A stretch of DNA of 64,000 nt, taken from the NCBI GenBank assembly GCA_008632985.1, contig QPGO01000058.1, forward strand, positions 186,001 to 250,000. Reading direction: 5' to 3'. Of this stretch, positions 23,847 to 38,723 are shown piece by piece. Origin of the DNA: Psammoneis japonica (lineage: Eukaryota). The position numbers were made by a program, and so were the translations under genes. How positions within the stretch are numbered: the stretch's first letter is position 1; the number at the start of each line of letters is the position of its first letter. Below the pieces are notes generated by a model that worked only from the letters and a program-made list of their open reading frames with translations, was not told the DNA's origin and ran no database searches.

Positions 23847-26800
23847 TTCTAACAGTAAGGATGGAAGCGTTTGATGTCGCTGAAAAGTAACAGGTGTAGC
23901 TTTCGGATGTGCGATGTGCGTTGCCATTTCGTATTTCGTCGATCGTGATGTCGCAGGTTTCGTGCCGTAGATAGCTTTTGGAAATTCATATTTTATTCAG
24001 ACTTGGATAGGCTATTTTTGGAAAACACGTATGTAGGGCCCTACTGTACGGTACCGTATGATGCAGTGCTCGTAGAGACATTGCATCTTTGCGATCCACC
24101 AGCTACCGGTAGCTCTAGCAGCTTGAGAGAGCAGATGCAAGCCAGGAAGGAGCTCCATTCCCCAAGATTTGCCATTCCATGGAATGATGACAGCGTCAGA
24201 ACAATTTTGTCAATGTTGTTTGACTGATTTTTTTCTTGAACCGCGCGCCAACTTCATTCTGCATTTTCACTCCCACCATCCGCCCCCCCACCAAGAACTC
24301 CCCCCTCACAAACACTTCGCTGAACTCGCTGCAGCTGCTTCGCTGAAGTCTTGAAAAGATCTGTCTGGTCAACGCCATTGCTCAAATGGGTTTGTGAATG
24401 TGATGACAACATTGGATTCATTGATGTGCTCATGCAAGGGCTGACAGCAACAGCTGGCTGCAGTGGCGGCACACACACAAGTTGAGTTAGACAACAAGTG
24501 GTGAGCCTTGGACACTGATGACATCATTTTGATTTTAAGCTCACTTGCCTTTTTACAAACACAAACTTTGACACAATGGGTGCTGGAAATCTGGCTGGTG
24601 GCTGGTGTGTGAAGAATCAAATGTGATTGTTTCATGTGCACTGCGTGCAGCTGTGTGTCTTTCCTTTTCTCCAAGCCAGATGCTTGTTTGATGTTGCTTC
24701 TGTGCCAGCTCTTCTTTGAAAAACAGCTCCATGCACACATGCTGCAGGGATTGTGTCAATTTCTTGGGAAATCCACATGAGCTTCAGTGCTCCCCCCAGT
24801 GCTCCTTCAAAGAATTTGTGTGCCAGAAACTCAGCTCTGCCAAATGGCCTGTGTTGCTGCTCAAGATGACAAGGGACATGCTCTAAAATGGCCTGTTGAA
24901 ATCTGTCCCTTGACAGACCCCAGGCACACCAAAAGACCATCTGCTGTGCTTGAGGACTTGCATGCCCATCTGTCGAGTCCAAACAGAACCCATCAATTGA
25001 CTCAGCTGCTCGAGTTAAAAAGCCTTCAGTCCTGCTTGCCACTCATCTCAATGACCAAGCAAGCAAGCCCAACTGAGTGCAGGCCTGATTCTCATCACCA
25101 GCCCATTTTTGTGTCTGGCCCAATAAATTCCTTCAGAATTGATTTTTTTCCCAAGTCAAAGGGTGGCTGCACACAAAACTTTTATTTTTTTATGTGCACT
25201 CACCTTTCGATTTTTGAAACGATAAAATTTGAAGGACTTTGATGTGCCAAATTGTGCAGAGAATTGAGCTCTCACATGATGGATTGCAGGTCACTTGTGG
25301 GACTGGAACAGGCCTGCACTCACAACCACAAGAGGGCTTTGCAGTCAAGATGGATGGATGGCAGCCAACTTTGAGCTGAAAATTTGACAAAAGTTGCTTC
25401 AAATGTGGTGGCGCCAACAAAAGTGAGATTTGCCCATTTGGCAAAAGCTGTCGCTGAGATTGCACTTTCCCAAAGGGTTGTCCTGGTGCTCAAAGAGAGA
25501 GCAGCAGAGCAGGCACAAGTCACAAGTGTCTTCTCTCATCATTGACACTTGTGAGGTCTCTCTTCACTTGTCAACCAATGCCACAGTGGACTGGTTTTGC
25601 TGAATCTGTCCCTTGCACCATGGCCCATTGTTGCAACCTTTCGCATCATGCTGCAGTGCATCTCTTGAAACTGCTCCTTTGTTGCTTCTTTTTTTGTTTC
25701 AAATCTTGGTTGGCATCTTGCAAATTTCTGCAGCATTTTTGGTCATGGAGTCCATGTTGTTGCCACATTTGCAAACTTTTTGCATGTCTGGCAAACAACG
25801 ACTGAAACAGAGTGAGTCACTTCAACAATGCCTGTTCCACAAAAAATGATCCTCAGCAAAATGCCGGCATGTGTTCAATGATTGCCTCCACAAATGTGAA
25901 AGCAGGAAGAGAAGCAATTCAATCTGAAGCCATTTTCTACAGCCCAAGTGGCTTGTGAATGTAACTTCAGAATTTCTCAATGACAAAAACTCTTGTGCCA
26001 TGCACTTCACTGCATGTGCGGCCAAATGTCAGCCCCCCTTTGAACCCAATTCAGCCCTGTTCTAACTGTTTCTTGCCCTTGGTGGAACTCATCTTGGCAT
26101 TGCTCTTCTTGGCATCTTTCTTCCCCACAGGTGTTTTGTTTTGCTGCTGCTCTTGCTCTTCTTTCCAGTCTTGCTTTTGTTGCTCTTCTTTCCACTGCTG
26201 TTGCTCTTCTTTCCAGTCTTGCTCTTGTCACCCTTTTTTCCACTGGCTGACATCACAGGATCCAATGGAAGAGCTGGTGAAATCAAAGGCTCAACACACT
26301 TGGGAAAGTTTTCTCTGTCCTCTGGCTTGAAAAGCAGAGTTTGCTCATCAACGGCTGGATCCAGTGTGAAGCAGCAGCCGTTGCAAGAGGTCAGGAAGAT
26401 CTTTCCATTTCCAAGCTTGAACAATCCTGTCACAAACAGTGTGTCATGATCCACAGAGACATTGAGAAGAGCCCCATTTGGGATGAACTTGGCTGGGCCC
26501 ATCAAGACAGTGAATCTGCCACCATCATTGGACCCAATGACAAATGTTTCCTTGGCACCTCACAGTGTGAGTTGCCCTCCTGGATTACAAAATCCAGTTC
26601 CAGGTTCAGAGCTCATCAATTTGAAGTTGCCACTTCCAACATTGCACTGTTGAAGGCATGCTCGCCAACATGGAAGTTGGCAATGGAGAAGCCAGGGCCA
26701 CTCAATGAGCAAATGACACTTTTGTGCACCAGGACATTGGCACATTTCTTGAAACAAGCACCAACAACAACTCCAATGGTTTCACCCTCGTTGTCACAAA

Positions 26801-29582
26801 CAACAACATCTTTTGAAAATTTGTTTGCATTGAACTGGTTGGTGACATTGATGCATTCTCCATCACATTCAATCCCTGTTGTTTCTTTCATGCCATTGGT
26901 TTGGCCATTGTTGTTTGTGTCACCACATTCTGCCAAGACAAATGCAGTTTGGATCAAACCAATGAATTCTTGGCAGGTTTGATGCACCAAATGCCAAGTT
27001 GGCACAGCGAATCTCTTCACCAACCTGTGCAACATTCCATCCATCATCATTGATGGACTTTCTAAACTGACCTGAGCCATCAGTGAAGCACTCGTCTGGG
27101 GTTGCTCCATCTTCTGCACCAAGCACATGAACTCTTCTTGAAAAGAACTCAGGCACCATGACAAGGGGGGCATTGGCAAGGAAGAGTGAAAAAGTTGACT
27201 GTTTCCAATTCTGTCTTCTTTGCAGCCTTGATTTCAATGCTTGCACTTTCCCATTCACCTGCCAACTTGATTGTGCTTTCAACATCATCCATGGATTTGG
27301 TGACAATTGCAACCTTGTTGTGCTCACTCACATGTGACAGCTTCAGCAAAGCCATGTTGAGGGGCTTCATGATGAAGTCAGTGATGTGGTTTCACATGCA
27401 TTTTGCTGTCAAAACTTTCACCCACTTTGATTGATTTGACAAGCCAGTGTGGAGCTTTTGCAACTAGATCATGGTTGAATCAAGCAGTCTGAATGGGCCC
27501 ACTGCATCACTGCATTGCACACCTCTGCCATCACTGCTGTTGTCATGTGCACAATCACACAATGTGGGAAAAAATGAGGAAGAATGTGATGATGCAGATG
27601 GCATTTCTGTGGTTGCTGCAATTCATTGTTCAAACAGCTTTGTGAACAAAGAAAAGTGGGTTGTTGGTGGTTGAAAAAAAATGTGAGCTCCTGTGCGTCA
27701 ACTGTGCGCACCAAGACTTGATCAAGACTCAAATGAATTTCATGCTCAATGCTCCATGGAAGCATGGGTGATGACTGTCTGTGCACTTCAATCAGGTCAT
27801 TTGACTCAGCACATCAATCATCAAAATAAAAACCTCTGGTGGGTCTGCTCACTCTGAAAGAAAAAGATGTTTGTGATGACCCCTGGTGCCACAGAGCTGG
27901 CATCACACAGATGTGCTTGTGCTTCTTCATGGCTTTACCATGCTGTGATTCAGGTCCCTGTCTTGTGTCTCTTCTGTGCACATCATTCTTGCACTGGCTC
28001 TCTCTTGCAACTTTTTCCTCCTCTTGGCTCAGCAGGATGGGCCACAGTGGTGGGTTTCTGTGTGTTGTCAAAAAACACCCAGTGCTGTGTTTGCGTTGAT
28101 GATTCATTGTCAGGCAAGCTCTTGAAAATGATTCAGCAGCAGTGTCTGTCAACACTGAGCACAGCAGCAGTGATGATGATGCAGCTCTCCATGATGAGAC
28201 TGTGTGCAACATGCTGGAGAGGTCAGAAAATGGACCATGCAACAGCCAAACAGTTGTGGGCAAAAGAGTGCAAGGTTCTTTGGTGGGTGCCAGGCATCAT
28301 TTTAAAACTGTGGTGGACAGGTTCAGGGTTGAATTTCTTGTCCGTGCAGCTCATTGTCACATGCACGTCTGAAAGTGGGGGAAATCTGAAGTTTGATGAC
28401 ATCTGGCTGTGGCAGCACTGCTGCTGGAGGTCAAAATGTGACCCACCACCAGCCAAGCAACTGCAGGACAAGGCTCTGATGAGAGTCTTTGGCAGGTGCC
28501 AGGCATCACTTTCAAATGATGGTGGTCAGTCACAGGGTCAATCTCTTGTCAGCTGGCCAGCTGGAAACCAGGCGCATCAGCAGTGCCAGCACCAACAACA
28601 CGTGGAAAGAGCTGTTGTTGGGAAAACGCAACTCAGTTTCTTCATTGGGGATGGCAACACCTTGACCAATTTGTCTGTTCATTGTGACATGTGAGAGCAG
28701 GTGTGCTGGAGAATTGTTCAAAAAAACCTCCTCCAGCAAGGCATGGAGCTGCTGTCAGAGTTGTCAGAAGTGCTGTGATTGTTGAGAAATGTGTTTGGAC
28801 TGACAAATGACTGAAACTCCAACCTGCAGCTGACATTGCAACACCAGTGATGAGCTGCAAAACAAAATGCAAAATCTGCATTTTAAATGCTGCCCGCTTC
28901 CACCACCCTGCACCTCTGGTTTGCATTGTGGTGAGCTCTCTCCTCTCCATTGACAACAAAATCTTCTGCTGTTGCTGAGACTGCCATGAAAAACCTGTTG
29001 GCAAGAACCTTCATGACTTGCAAAATCACAAGCAAAGTTGTGCCACTGCAAGAGTCATTTTTGCACCTGGTCCTGGGGCATGTGAAATTGATCCCACAGA
29101 ATTCTGTGTCCAATCTCTGCAGCAAAATTGTCAGGTGATGAATGTGTGTGTGTGTGTGATTGTCGACAGAAAAAGAGGCAATTTTGCACATGTGTGGACT
29201 GCTCTGCACACTTGAAGCACATCATTTTTGTTTTGCTCAGTCTTTTCTTCACAGACACAACAAAGAAGAAAATGCCTGCAGCTCATTTTTGTTCTTGTTG
29301 CAAATGGATGAAACAAAAACCTTTGGCTTTGAAAAACAGGAAGCATGAAACAATTGTGCAGAAGATCAAATGTGAAAATGTGCACACCCACAACATGTGG
29401 TGCACGACCAAAGAACTCTCATGTCACAGTGCAGGCCAGCAAAAGGTCCCACCCAGCCCCAGTTGTCATTGCTGCTCTTCAGCATTGCTGCACCTGTGAT
29501 GCCTTCAGCCAGATGACAAGATTGTGGCAGCAAACAAAGCAGAGTGCACAGCATCATCATTGTCATTGTGAGTTGTGGCATC

Positions 29583-29882
29583 TGTCTTGCACTCATCAAT
29601 CCACAACCAGCAGCACAGCCTTGCATCAGCTTGTGGTGCAGAACTCAGCATGCTTTTCACATGGTGACATGGTGCACTGTTTCTTGCTGCAAAATCCACA
29701 TGATTGCACATTTCATGCATGTTTGCCCCAAGTTGAGATTGTGGTGTCTGTCTTGCACTTGTTGGCCACAACCACAGGCTTGCATCAGCTTGTGCAGGAC
29801 TCAGCATGCTTTTCACATGGCCACATGGTGTGCTGCTTGCTGCAAAATCCACATGATTGCACATTTTGTGCACAGTTGCCCC
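29583..29882. repeat. Tandem duplication with a ~160-bp period
   Basis: cttgcatcagcttgtg...ctcagcatgcttttcacatgg...ctgcaaaatccacatgattgcacattt at ~29620 and ~29779. Confidence 0.85.
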
Positions 29883-32800
29883 CCCAACAAGTTGAGTGCA
29901 CATGTTTTCCCATGACCCAATGATCTCTGAGAATGCACAGGTCAAAATTGTTGAGCTGACAATGGCAACAACATTTCTGAAAAACAAGTCACCAGAGATT
30001 TGTCCACTGATTCAACAGTTGCACACAAGAAGCAACCATGTAAATTGTTGAAGTGCTGTCTGATTCTCTGGATCTGACATGATCTCCACAGGTTGAGCAT
30101 GTCTCCAGAGTGCTGGAGGGCATGCTCTTGACAGAAGCCATGAAACCATGCCAAAAGCCCCCTTGCTTTTGTTTTCCCAGCTGTGCCAGACCAGAAAAAA
30201 ATTGATTGGCTTGACAACTGTCAGTCTTGAAGCATTTGTGCTGCTTGCAAAGTTTTCTCAAACATCCAGTCTGTGTCCCCCAGAAGACATTTCCTTTGTG
30301 TGCAGCAGTCATCTCAGATCTGCGTGATCTTGGCACAGAGCACTTGATCAGCCATGTTGTTCAGTGTGTGGGCTTCATCAACTGGGAAATTGCCAGCCAT
30401 GGCACTTCTTGTTTTAGAGCTGATCTCTTGGTGTTGCCACTGCTGCTGCCTCTGGTGCACTGCAACAGGCAACCCTTCCTCCTGGTCACTGCCCTGGCCA
30501 TCCAATGTTGTGATTGCTCTTTCTGCTCTTTTGTCCAGCTGTCGCCATCAGAACTTTGGTGTGATGGCATTGCTGTTGCTGCAGGAGGTGACAGGAGCTG
30601 CTTGCAGCACACAATGTGGGAACTGTGAACTTGACAACTCTGTTCCCTCAAAACAAGCACCAACAATGAGGCTCCCAATGGTGTTTCCCAAATGTTCATT
30701 TTGGTCAGACCAAATTGGCACTTTGGTCAAACCAAAATGCTTTTGTCGACCAAATTGCCAGACCGACCAAATCAATTTGGTTGACCAAATTGACATTTGC
30801 AAAATCTTGACCAAAGTCATTTCATGTGCATTTCTGCACAAACAATGCTGACTCGGCTTCTGTGAAATTTGCACGGTGTGTCGACATGTGCGTTTTCCAA
30901 TGGAAGATTCCTGCTGAAATCGCGCCAAATTCCCCAACCAAAATGACACTTCATGTAATTTATGCCAGTCAACATCATGAATGTTTGTCTTTCATTTGTG
31001 TTTTTCGCATGCAAAAGCAATTGACACACTGCCTTCAATGGATGCTTTTTATGTGGACATTTGTTGCCATTTTGTTGATGTTTGTTTTTAACAATTCATT
31101 CGAATTTATTCTTTGCTTCAGTTCAATGCATTGCAACTTGACAACAATGTCACATTTGTTTTGAAACATTGTCTTTGATTGTTGTTTTCAATGGCTCCAC
31201 CTTGCAACTGCCCCACCACAGTGTCTGGTGTGTCTGCTGCACCCAAGTCACCCCCTTGCACATTTCCTGCCTCATTTTTCCAGCACCTCCCAGAATTTCA
31301 GTGCATGGCTCTCCACCCACCTTCGAGCACTCATTCTACATGCACAATTGTCTGCGTGTCTCACAACAGTGCATCCTCTCCCCAAACTGCATTTGACCTG
31401 AGCATGTGCTGTTGTGATCCACATGCATTCTACGCGAATGTCAACTGACCTCTTGCCATGGCAGTCAATGACTTTACCCCATCCCATGATGAGGTTGACC
31501 CCGGTCCTTCCTTCCAATTTCCCAACGCAATTGATTTTGATGACACAGAATGTTTCACCAATGGTTTTGGAATGGAGTTGTTCGGTCCCAAGCTCAAAAG
31601 CATGACTGCAATGCGTGCATCCAAAAAGCAGTTTTTGGAGATGACAAAATGGACTCCCCATCCGCAATTTCTTGCTCTTCCCTTCCTTTGCCACAAGCCA
31701 AAGTTGTGTCAAATTCCACATGTCACAGAAGTCATCCGCACCAACAATGTCATCAGAAAAACTCTTGGATGCCCTGACATTTGGTCTTGCATCAAGACTC
31801 GTGGTTGGACCCTCAAGAAATCCCGCACCCTGAAAGGTGAGTGTGTTTTTTGTTGTCGAAATTTGGAGGAAGCTCTCCGTTTCTCCAAAACACCTGGAGA
31901 GACAGTTAAAGAAGAGGAGCACCATGTTCAACTTCACTGCAACATCAAAGCCATGGCAGAATTTGTCTGTGCAATCATCGCTGGTGATGACCCAAATGAT
32001 CCTGTTTCTGGCAAGCCTTGTTTCTGTTTTCTAAAGTGCAGCAGTCTCCGATCATTGATCAGCGACCACGCACAAGACCTTCATGGTGCATTCTTTGTCA
32101 CTGATGTCATCGTGTGTCACATCCAGCACAAACCAAAAGACTTCAACCATTGGTTTGTGCAGATTTTTTGTCATGTCAAGACCCAAAAGGAGTGGCGCTT
32201 GTTTGTCAACAGCTTTCCAGTCTCATGTGATTCTAACAACCCAGGATCCCAGGCGGACAACATCAAGGAATTTCTCAAACTGGACCAAATTGGCAACACA
32301 AAGAACTCTGTGACAATTGCAGGTGATTCCCTTGCCCGTTGGGAGGCGTGCAAAGAAAAAATCAATTGCATGTTGAGCCATGAATTTGGGAAGCACTGTC
32401 CCAAGGAACAACCTGGCACATGACCCAAGTGCAGCAAGTTGCTCACAATCCTTCATTACAGAATGCATGATCAGAGGGCTGACCACATGGATGATGACAA
32501 CAAACAAGAGCATCATTCCAAAACCAAATGCAAAATCAGGAGGACCCACAAAGATGGCACCTGTTTGTGTGATGGTGTGTGCCACCCCCCCCCTTTTTCT
32601 TCATGCCACGCGTGCATCCGTCTTCTCATTTGTCCACATTTTTTCCTGTTGTTTCTACACGCACCACAAGATCCTTCCTTGACCGTCCCCAACAAGAAGT
32701 CCAAGACTGCATCATGCTCAAACCAGGCATGTCCTCTGCCATCTGGCGACATGCTGTCATCCAGGGAGGCGCACCGCACTCTTGCCGCCAACCTTCCCAC

Positions 32801-34030
32801 ATTGTCAGAAACTGTGGATTCCAACAAGTCTTCTTCACTGAAAGGTCCTCCCTCCAAGCCACCCGCCTCTCTGCCAGTTGGCACCGCAAAAGGCCCGGTT
32901 GCGTCATCCCCCCCACCAGACCCCAATGACATGTCATGGCTGGACAAGTCTGCACTCCGCCAGCACTTTGACCCGTCCAAGTGTCAATCTGTTGCCTCAG
33001 ACGAAGTTGCTGCCCGTGTGTCATGCCTTCACATTGTTGACAAGGCAACCAACATGGAGCGTGTGCTTCACCATTCCACTGCCAACTTTTACCTTGCAGA
33101 CAACCTCAGGGAAAACTGGCACATTTTTTCCAACAAATCCCCCACAAGCAATCCCAATGCCGCATCTCGAGTCAGAGCTGAGCACCCTCATCACCTGGAT
33201 CACTGTTCGGACGAACTCCCTGTTGCCTGACAAGCAAACTCTCTTTACAAAGGGCACTTTGGTTGCCTTTGTGCATGCATTCCTGCCCTTTTGCTTTTCG
33301 TTTTGTTGAAGGGCAAGTCAGAGGTCAAACGCAACGGATTGCTTGCAGTTGAGAAGGAAGACAGATGATGGATCAAGATTGGCTGTGCTGGGCGGTCATG
33401 TCACCCAAAGGAGCTTGGCTCTACAAAATCCACCAGACCCAAGGCCACACATGGTCTTGATGTTTTTGATCCTGACAAAAACTTTGACAAGAAAGAGTCA
33501 TCCAAAATCAAGGCCATGGTGGCTGACATTCTCGACTCGATTCAGCTTTGCAAAAATGAGGTCAAGCTTTGGAAGCTTGGCAATCCTCCACCATTCAACT
33601 GGTTGCTTCGGTGCAATGCGTGCTCAAAAGCATTTTGCGACAAAATGGGTTGTCTACATTTCCATTGGGAGGACATCACCATGCAGGGATTGTGCATGTC
33701 CCATGGTCAATTTTGTGATGGACACTGTGACGAAAAAAACTGCACCTGGCTTTGCCATCAGAAAACAGCGGCCAGTTGTTTCTTTGTCATGGATGCCTTC
33801 GGCGATGCATGGTCCTTCAAGGCAGTCACCACCAGCAGAAGTCCCACTGGTCAATGCTGCGACAACAAGTGTGACATGAAGCCGATGCTGACTCGGATGC
33901 ACCACAACCGAACTCAGCTTGACTTTGTGCTTGAAGACATGGACCTCCAACATGATGGTCCAACCCATCCTGACTTGGTGCTGACTGCCCGCACATTCAA
34001 AAATTTCTTGCTGGATGACAGCTGGCCATG

Positions 34031-34474
34031 TGCAGCATGCATGCAGACAAAAGGTCATTTTGCCACGCCCTTTGTGACATTTAAGGCTGCAACACGTCGC
34101 CGTGATGCACTGACTCTTGTCAGTGGCTGTGTGTTGCACTCCTCCCCAAGTGTCACGCGTCCATGCGGCTCGTCACTAACGTGCACTGACACTGCACGGT
34201 TTTGGCGGAACAGTGTGGGTACGTGCGAAGGAACATACAGAACTGCACAGAGTTCACGCGTCGACAGTGATCAACGTTGCTGCAGACAACTCCCACTCAG
34301 GGTTTCGAACCCCTGGCCTCCTCTGCCTGGTGGTTGCGATGTGCCACTCCGCTGTGAATTCACAATGCAGCATGCATGCAGACAAAAGGTTATTTTGCCA
34401 CGCCCTTTGTGACATTTAAGGCTGCAACACGTCGCCGTGATGCATTGACTCTTGTCAGCAGCTGTGTGTTGCAC
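34031..34474. repeat. 109-bp direct repeats (34031-34139, 34366-34474) flanking a 226-bp less-mutated insert
   Basis: tgcagcatgcatgcagacaaaagg...gctgtgtgttgcac appears twice. Confidence 0.9.
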
Positions 34475-37400
34475 ATGGGACAATGTTGTCATTGGTGGAG
34501 GCAGAGACACGGGAATTCCCCATGTGTGCATGGATTGGCTGAAGTTCCCAACATTCCCTGTGAGAGACTTTCACCTGTCCGCCCCAGCCACAGTCTGTCT
34601 GCACCATTTCAAGAACATTGTGCACAGATCTGGGCCAGATCCAAAATGAGTCACAAGATTGGCCATCCATGCTGGTCATCCAACGGGATGTCACCGACTC
34701 CACTGTGTTGGTGACAAGTGCCTGCCTGAGCTGTGTTGCCAAGGCATGGACCCATTTCCACAATTTGCTGATTGCTTGATGAACGAGTTTGGCATTTTGT
34801 TCGGCAATCCACAGGTGGGTGGGATCAGCCCCACCAATTTGACCTGCAAGAAGTTTGCTGAGGTTTTCATTGATGACAGGTGCATGAACACAGCCAACAA
34901 CCCAGTCGACCTGACCGTTGACCAAATCTGTGCAGTGCTGCTTTGGATCAATGACAATGTGATCACAGATGAGTTCTGTCCCAATTTAATGGAACAACAC
35001 TGCAAGGCTGCCTGCAATGTTTGGGCACACCGGGGAGCAGATTTCAGCAAGATTTGTCTCATGCCAGTGCTGCATTGTCTTGCGCCATCCGGTGTTGCAG
35101 TGAAAGACCACCCGCGTTTGAACAACATGGTGCATCCTGTCTTCAATTCTGGAGCTGCCACTCAACTGGCCCACATCAACCCAGAAGAATGACCACTCAT
35201 GATGCACCAATGGATGTCATTGGAGACCAGGACTGAAGAGCATGGTTGGAACAGAACAGAGCACAAACTTTGTGAGAATGCCAACAATTGCTGCACCTGC
35301 ACATTCAATTGCATGTTCCATGGTCCGTGTTCCGGACTGGACCTGTTCACATTTTCTCCATCAGGTCAGCATCTGCGTGAACCCCATGGATTGGTGGAGC
35401 ATCAAATGGTGGAGTGCGTTGACTCCAACCCAAACCTGCACAAGCAAAAAGTTGCAACAGCTCATGATGGAATTGCGGCTGACAATGAATTGCACTCTTT
35501 GTCTGGATCATCCAACAGCAATGGTTTCTTGTCATGCGATGGACTTGCTGCTGACAATGAATTGAACTCATTGTGGGAGCATCCGACATGGACAAATCCT
35601 TGACACATGACGGAGTTGTGGCAGAGACAATGAAACAAACTCCCAGTGGGAAGAATCCTCCATGGATGAAGAAAGCAAGGGAGCAGAGACCACCAGTCAC
35701 CAATCGTCATGTGATGGATTGGCCCATGACACAGTGGTCAATGGACACAATGCATCAGATTGCTGCACACCCATTGTTGCTCTAGATGATGATGAGGTTT
35801 CTGTTGATGCAACCAAAAATCGTGCAAAGGCACCTGACCTTTCACAATGTCCCAATCTGGATGTGGGTGAATGCGTGGACACAACTTCAGCACAAGTCTC
35901 ACATTTGTGCATTGTCCCACTCTGTTTTCTTGTTGTTCTTTTTGACTGGTGTGTCGAGTGCAATTGTGGCTCATGTGAGACTCTTGCTGCAATTTTTTTA
36001 ATGATGCACAGTCGCAACGGCAGCACCAAAATCCTGTGGCTGTGCACAACAAGGCCTGTCAATGCAGGAGAGCTGTCCTTTGATGAGCTTTGTTCTGACC
36101 AAGGTGTGGAGGCTGTGGCAAACACTCAGCATTGAAGAGACGAGGCAAGGTGTCAAGTTGCGGAGGACCTCCATGCAAACGCCACTGTTGAGGCACGCAC
36201 CGTCTCTCTGCAGGATGGAAGTGCCACACACCACCTTAAATTGCAACATTTCTGCCAAGGATTTCATTGTTCGCGTGAAGTCGCGATTCGGTGGTGAGAT
36301 TGATTTTAAGAACAGTGGATTTATCCAGATTTGCATGGACTGTTGCTGGATGCAATGCAGGGAGTGGAACATGACGTCTTTCGGAAGTCGCTTCTTCTGC
36401 AAAAACCCAAAAGAGATGATGCAATCATTGTTGCATCTGAAGTTTGAAAGGTGTCGCATCACAGTCCCACACAACCTGTGGTCCCTCACCCAAGTCATGT
36501 GCAACTTGGAGTGCACAGAAGAACATGCGCTGATTCAATGCATGACCCACAAAATGGCACTGGACAAAATTGTGCAATTGACAAGCAAGATGTTGATGCA
36601 TTAAGAGCAGACTCAACCATCAGCCATCCCACCTGTGGAATGGACCAGAGCGGGAGATGCGGACCACTTGCATTGGACAATGGTTTGGGAGGTGTGTGCT
36701 CACTGGTCATGGACAGAAAACAGAAAGGGTGTTGCATTTGATGCCAGGAAGCTGGCGGAATTTTTCGAGCAACAAGTCATCCGAGACACACATTGCAGGT
36801 TGTGGCAGTGCAATGAACTGGAGTTCTTTGAATTGACACCAAGGACGGTTGACAGTTGGATGTTGGAGATCATCGAGAAAAAGAACTTAGGTGAGGATTG
36901 CAGCTGTTGTTTGAGGACAAGCACGCAGCAATCCGGCAGAGATGTTGTCCAAAAATGAAGAAAGAAAAGATCTGTCATGATTGTGTTGAGCGTTTTGTTG
37001 GTTGTGTTCGTGAGGTGACAAACGCATTTGATTGCATGACTGATTGCTCATTCAAGGGGAGGTGCAGCGATTTTGTCATTGTCCATTTCAAGGAGAACAC
37101 CATGGAAGAATTGGATCAGAGATCCATCGTGGCTCCAAGTGGCATTTGAAGGATTAGAGAACATGGACAAAGGCTTCAGCCCTTCACAGGGATTAATTTT
37201 CATGCACAAATCTGCACAGTTGAAAGTTTCAAATGGAATGATCGAGTTGCACATGAAATTTATCATCAACAATTAATTGCAAAATTTGAACTGAACATTT
37301 CATCTGTTCAATTTAAAAATGAATGTAACCAAGGATGTTGTTTTCAAAAGAATCTATGAACATTGCAACTGCAAACATTTGGGAAAGAAATTTCAAGTTT

Positions 37401-37550
37401 AAAATGCACAAAGAGGGGAGGCACTGTCACAATCAGAGTGTCAAGAAAGAGGTTTGAAATTTTGCAAAGCTGGTCTTCCTCTGAAGACCTGTTGCACTGC
37501 ACAATTGCAGAAACTTTGTGCCTTTGCCACAACACATTAAGTCAAGAGCC

Positions 37551-38723
37551 ATGGGAAGGAAAAAGAAGAAGTCAGAGAAGGAGATGGCAGCAAAAGAGGC
37601 GCAGCCAAATGGCCCAAGGCTGACAGCGGCGTTGCAGCGGTTGGGTGCTGCTGGTGATCACAAATTGCTGAAGAGAGAGGTGGAAGAGGTGGCACAGAGA
37701 GAGCTGTTCCCAAAAGCAAAATTCCTTGTGAAGGCAGACATGGCGAGTGGTGGCAAGGTGTCGTGGCTGACACAGAAAAACACAGCAGATGGCAAGTTCA
37801 GCAAGCATGAATGGGCAGGATCATGGGAGGACTGGGTGAAGAAAAGCGTGCTCAATGCGATCAACACAAAAAGAAACACTGTGTGTCAGACAACAATGAA
37901 GAGTGCAATGAGTGGCAAGTGCGGTGGAGAGGCACATGTCCAAAGTGGGAATGGGTGTGGTGCTGCTGATGACATTCTCCTTTCCTTGAAGTTGTCATGA
38001 CAGAAAAAGAAGATGGGAAATCTGCGGGAGGAATGAACAAGCAAGGAAGAAAGCCAGGAAGTGGAAAAAGGGCAAAGCCAACATTGAAGAAGAATTCCTG
38101 GCAACTTGGGAGAGGATGGGACGGTTGACACAATTGTGTTTGAGAAGCAAAAGAACAGGGAGGCGTGCGCATGGTTCTACGACAACACACTCAAACACAC
38201 GAAGAGCGCTGTGATGTGTAGAAGGATGGCAGAGTCAGGCAGCACCAATTCTGCAGTTCTGGCAATGGCAAGCGACAAGGCACTGGCCCTGTTGATGATG
38301 GAAAACTGCTGGAAGGTTTGGGAGCACAAGACCATGCAGGTGGGAAATGACGAAGGAAGCAAAGAGGAAAAACCGGCGCCATTGTGCGCTGACCCATCAC
38401 AACAGCATGACTCTTGGAAGGATGAAGGAATGCTGCGCTTCAGTGCCCTGCTTGGGGAGATAAAGAAAGACAGGGCAAGTGAGCAGGGAGTGCATTTTGA
38501 CACATGGTGCACCAATGAAAAGAAAAAGGAGAGCAAAAGAAAAAAGGGAAGAATCACTGAAAAACCAGTGAACTCAGAGCAAAGAATGCAAGCAATGACA
38601 GAACTTTCCAGTGATGACAAGGAGGATGACAGCAATGTAAAGGATGCGCCAGCCAGCAACAGAGATGAGGAAGCCAGCCAAGAAGGCAGCAACAGAAGCA
38701 AAGAATTAAAAACTCCAGCATGA
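37551..38723 (+). pseudogene. Decayed transposon-associated accessory ORF
   Basis: LFPKAKFL..W..W.K..V..AINTKRN and SDKALALLMMENCWKVW...SWKDEGMLRFSAL..IKKDR resemble the SDEAFALLLLEN..W / GWS.EG..RFN.L pattern I associate with repeat-borne ORFs (recalled, not searched). Confidence 0.5.
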
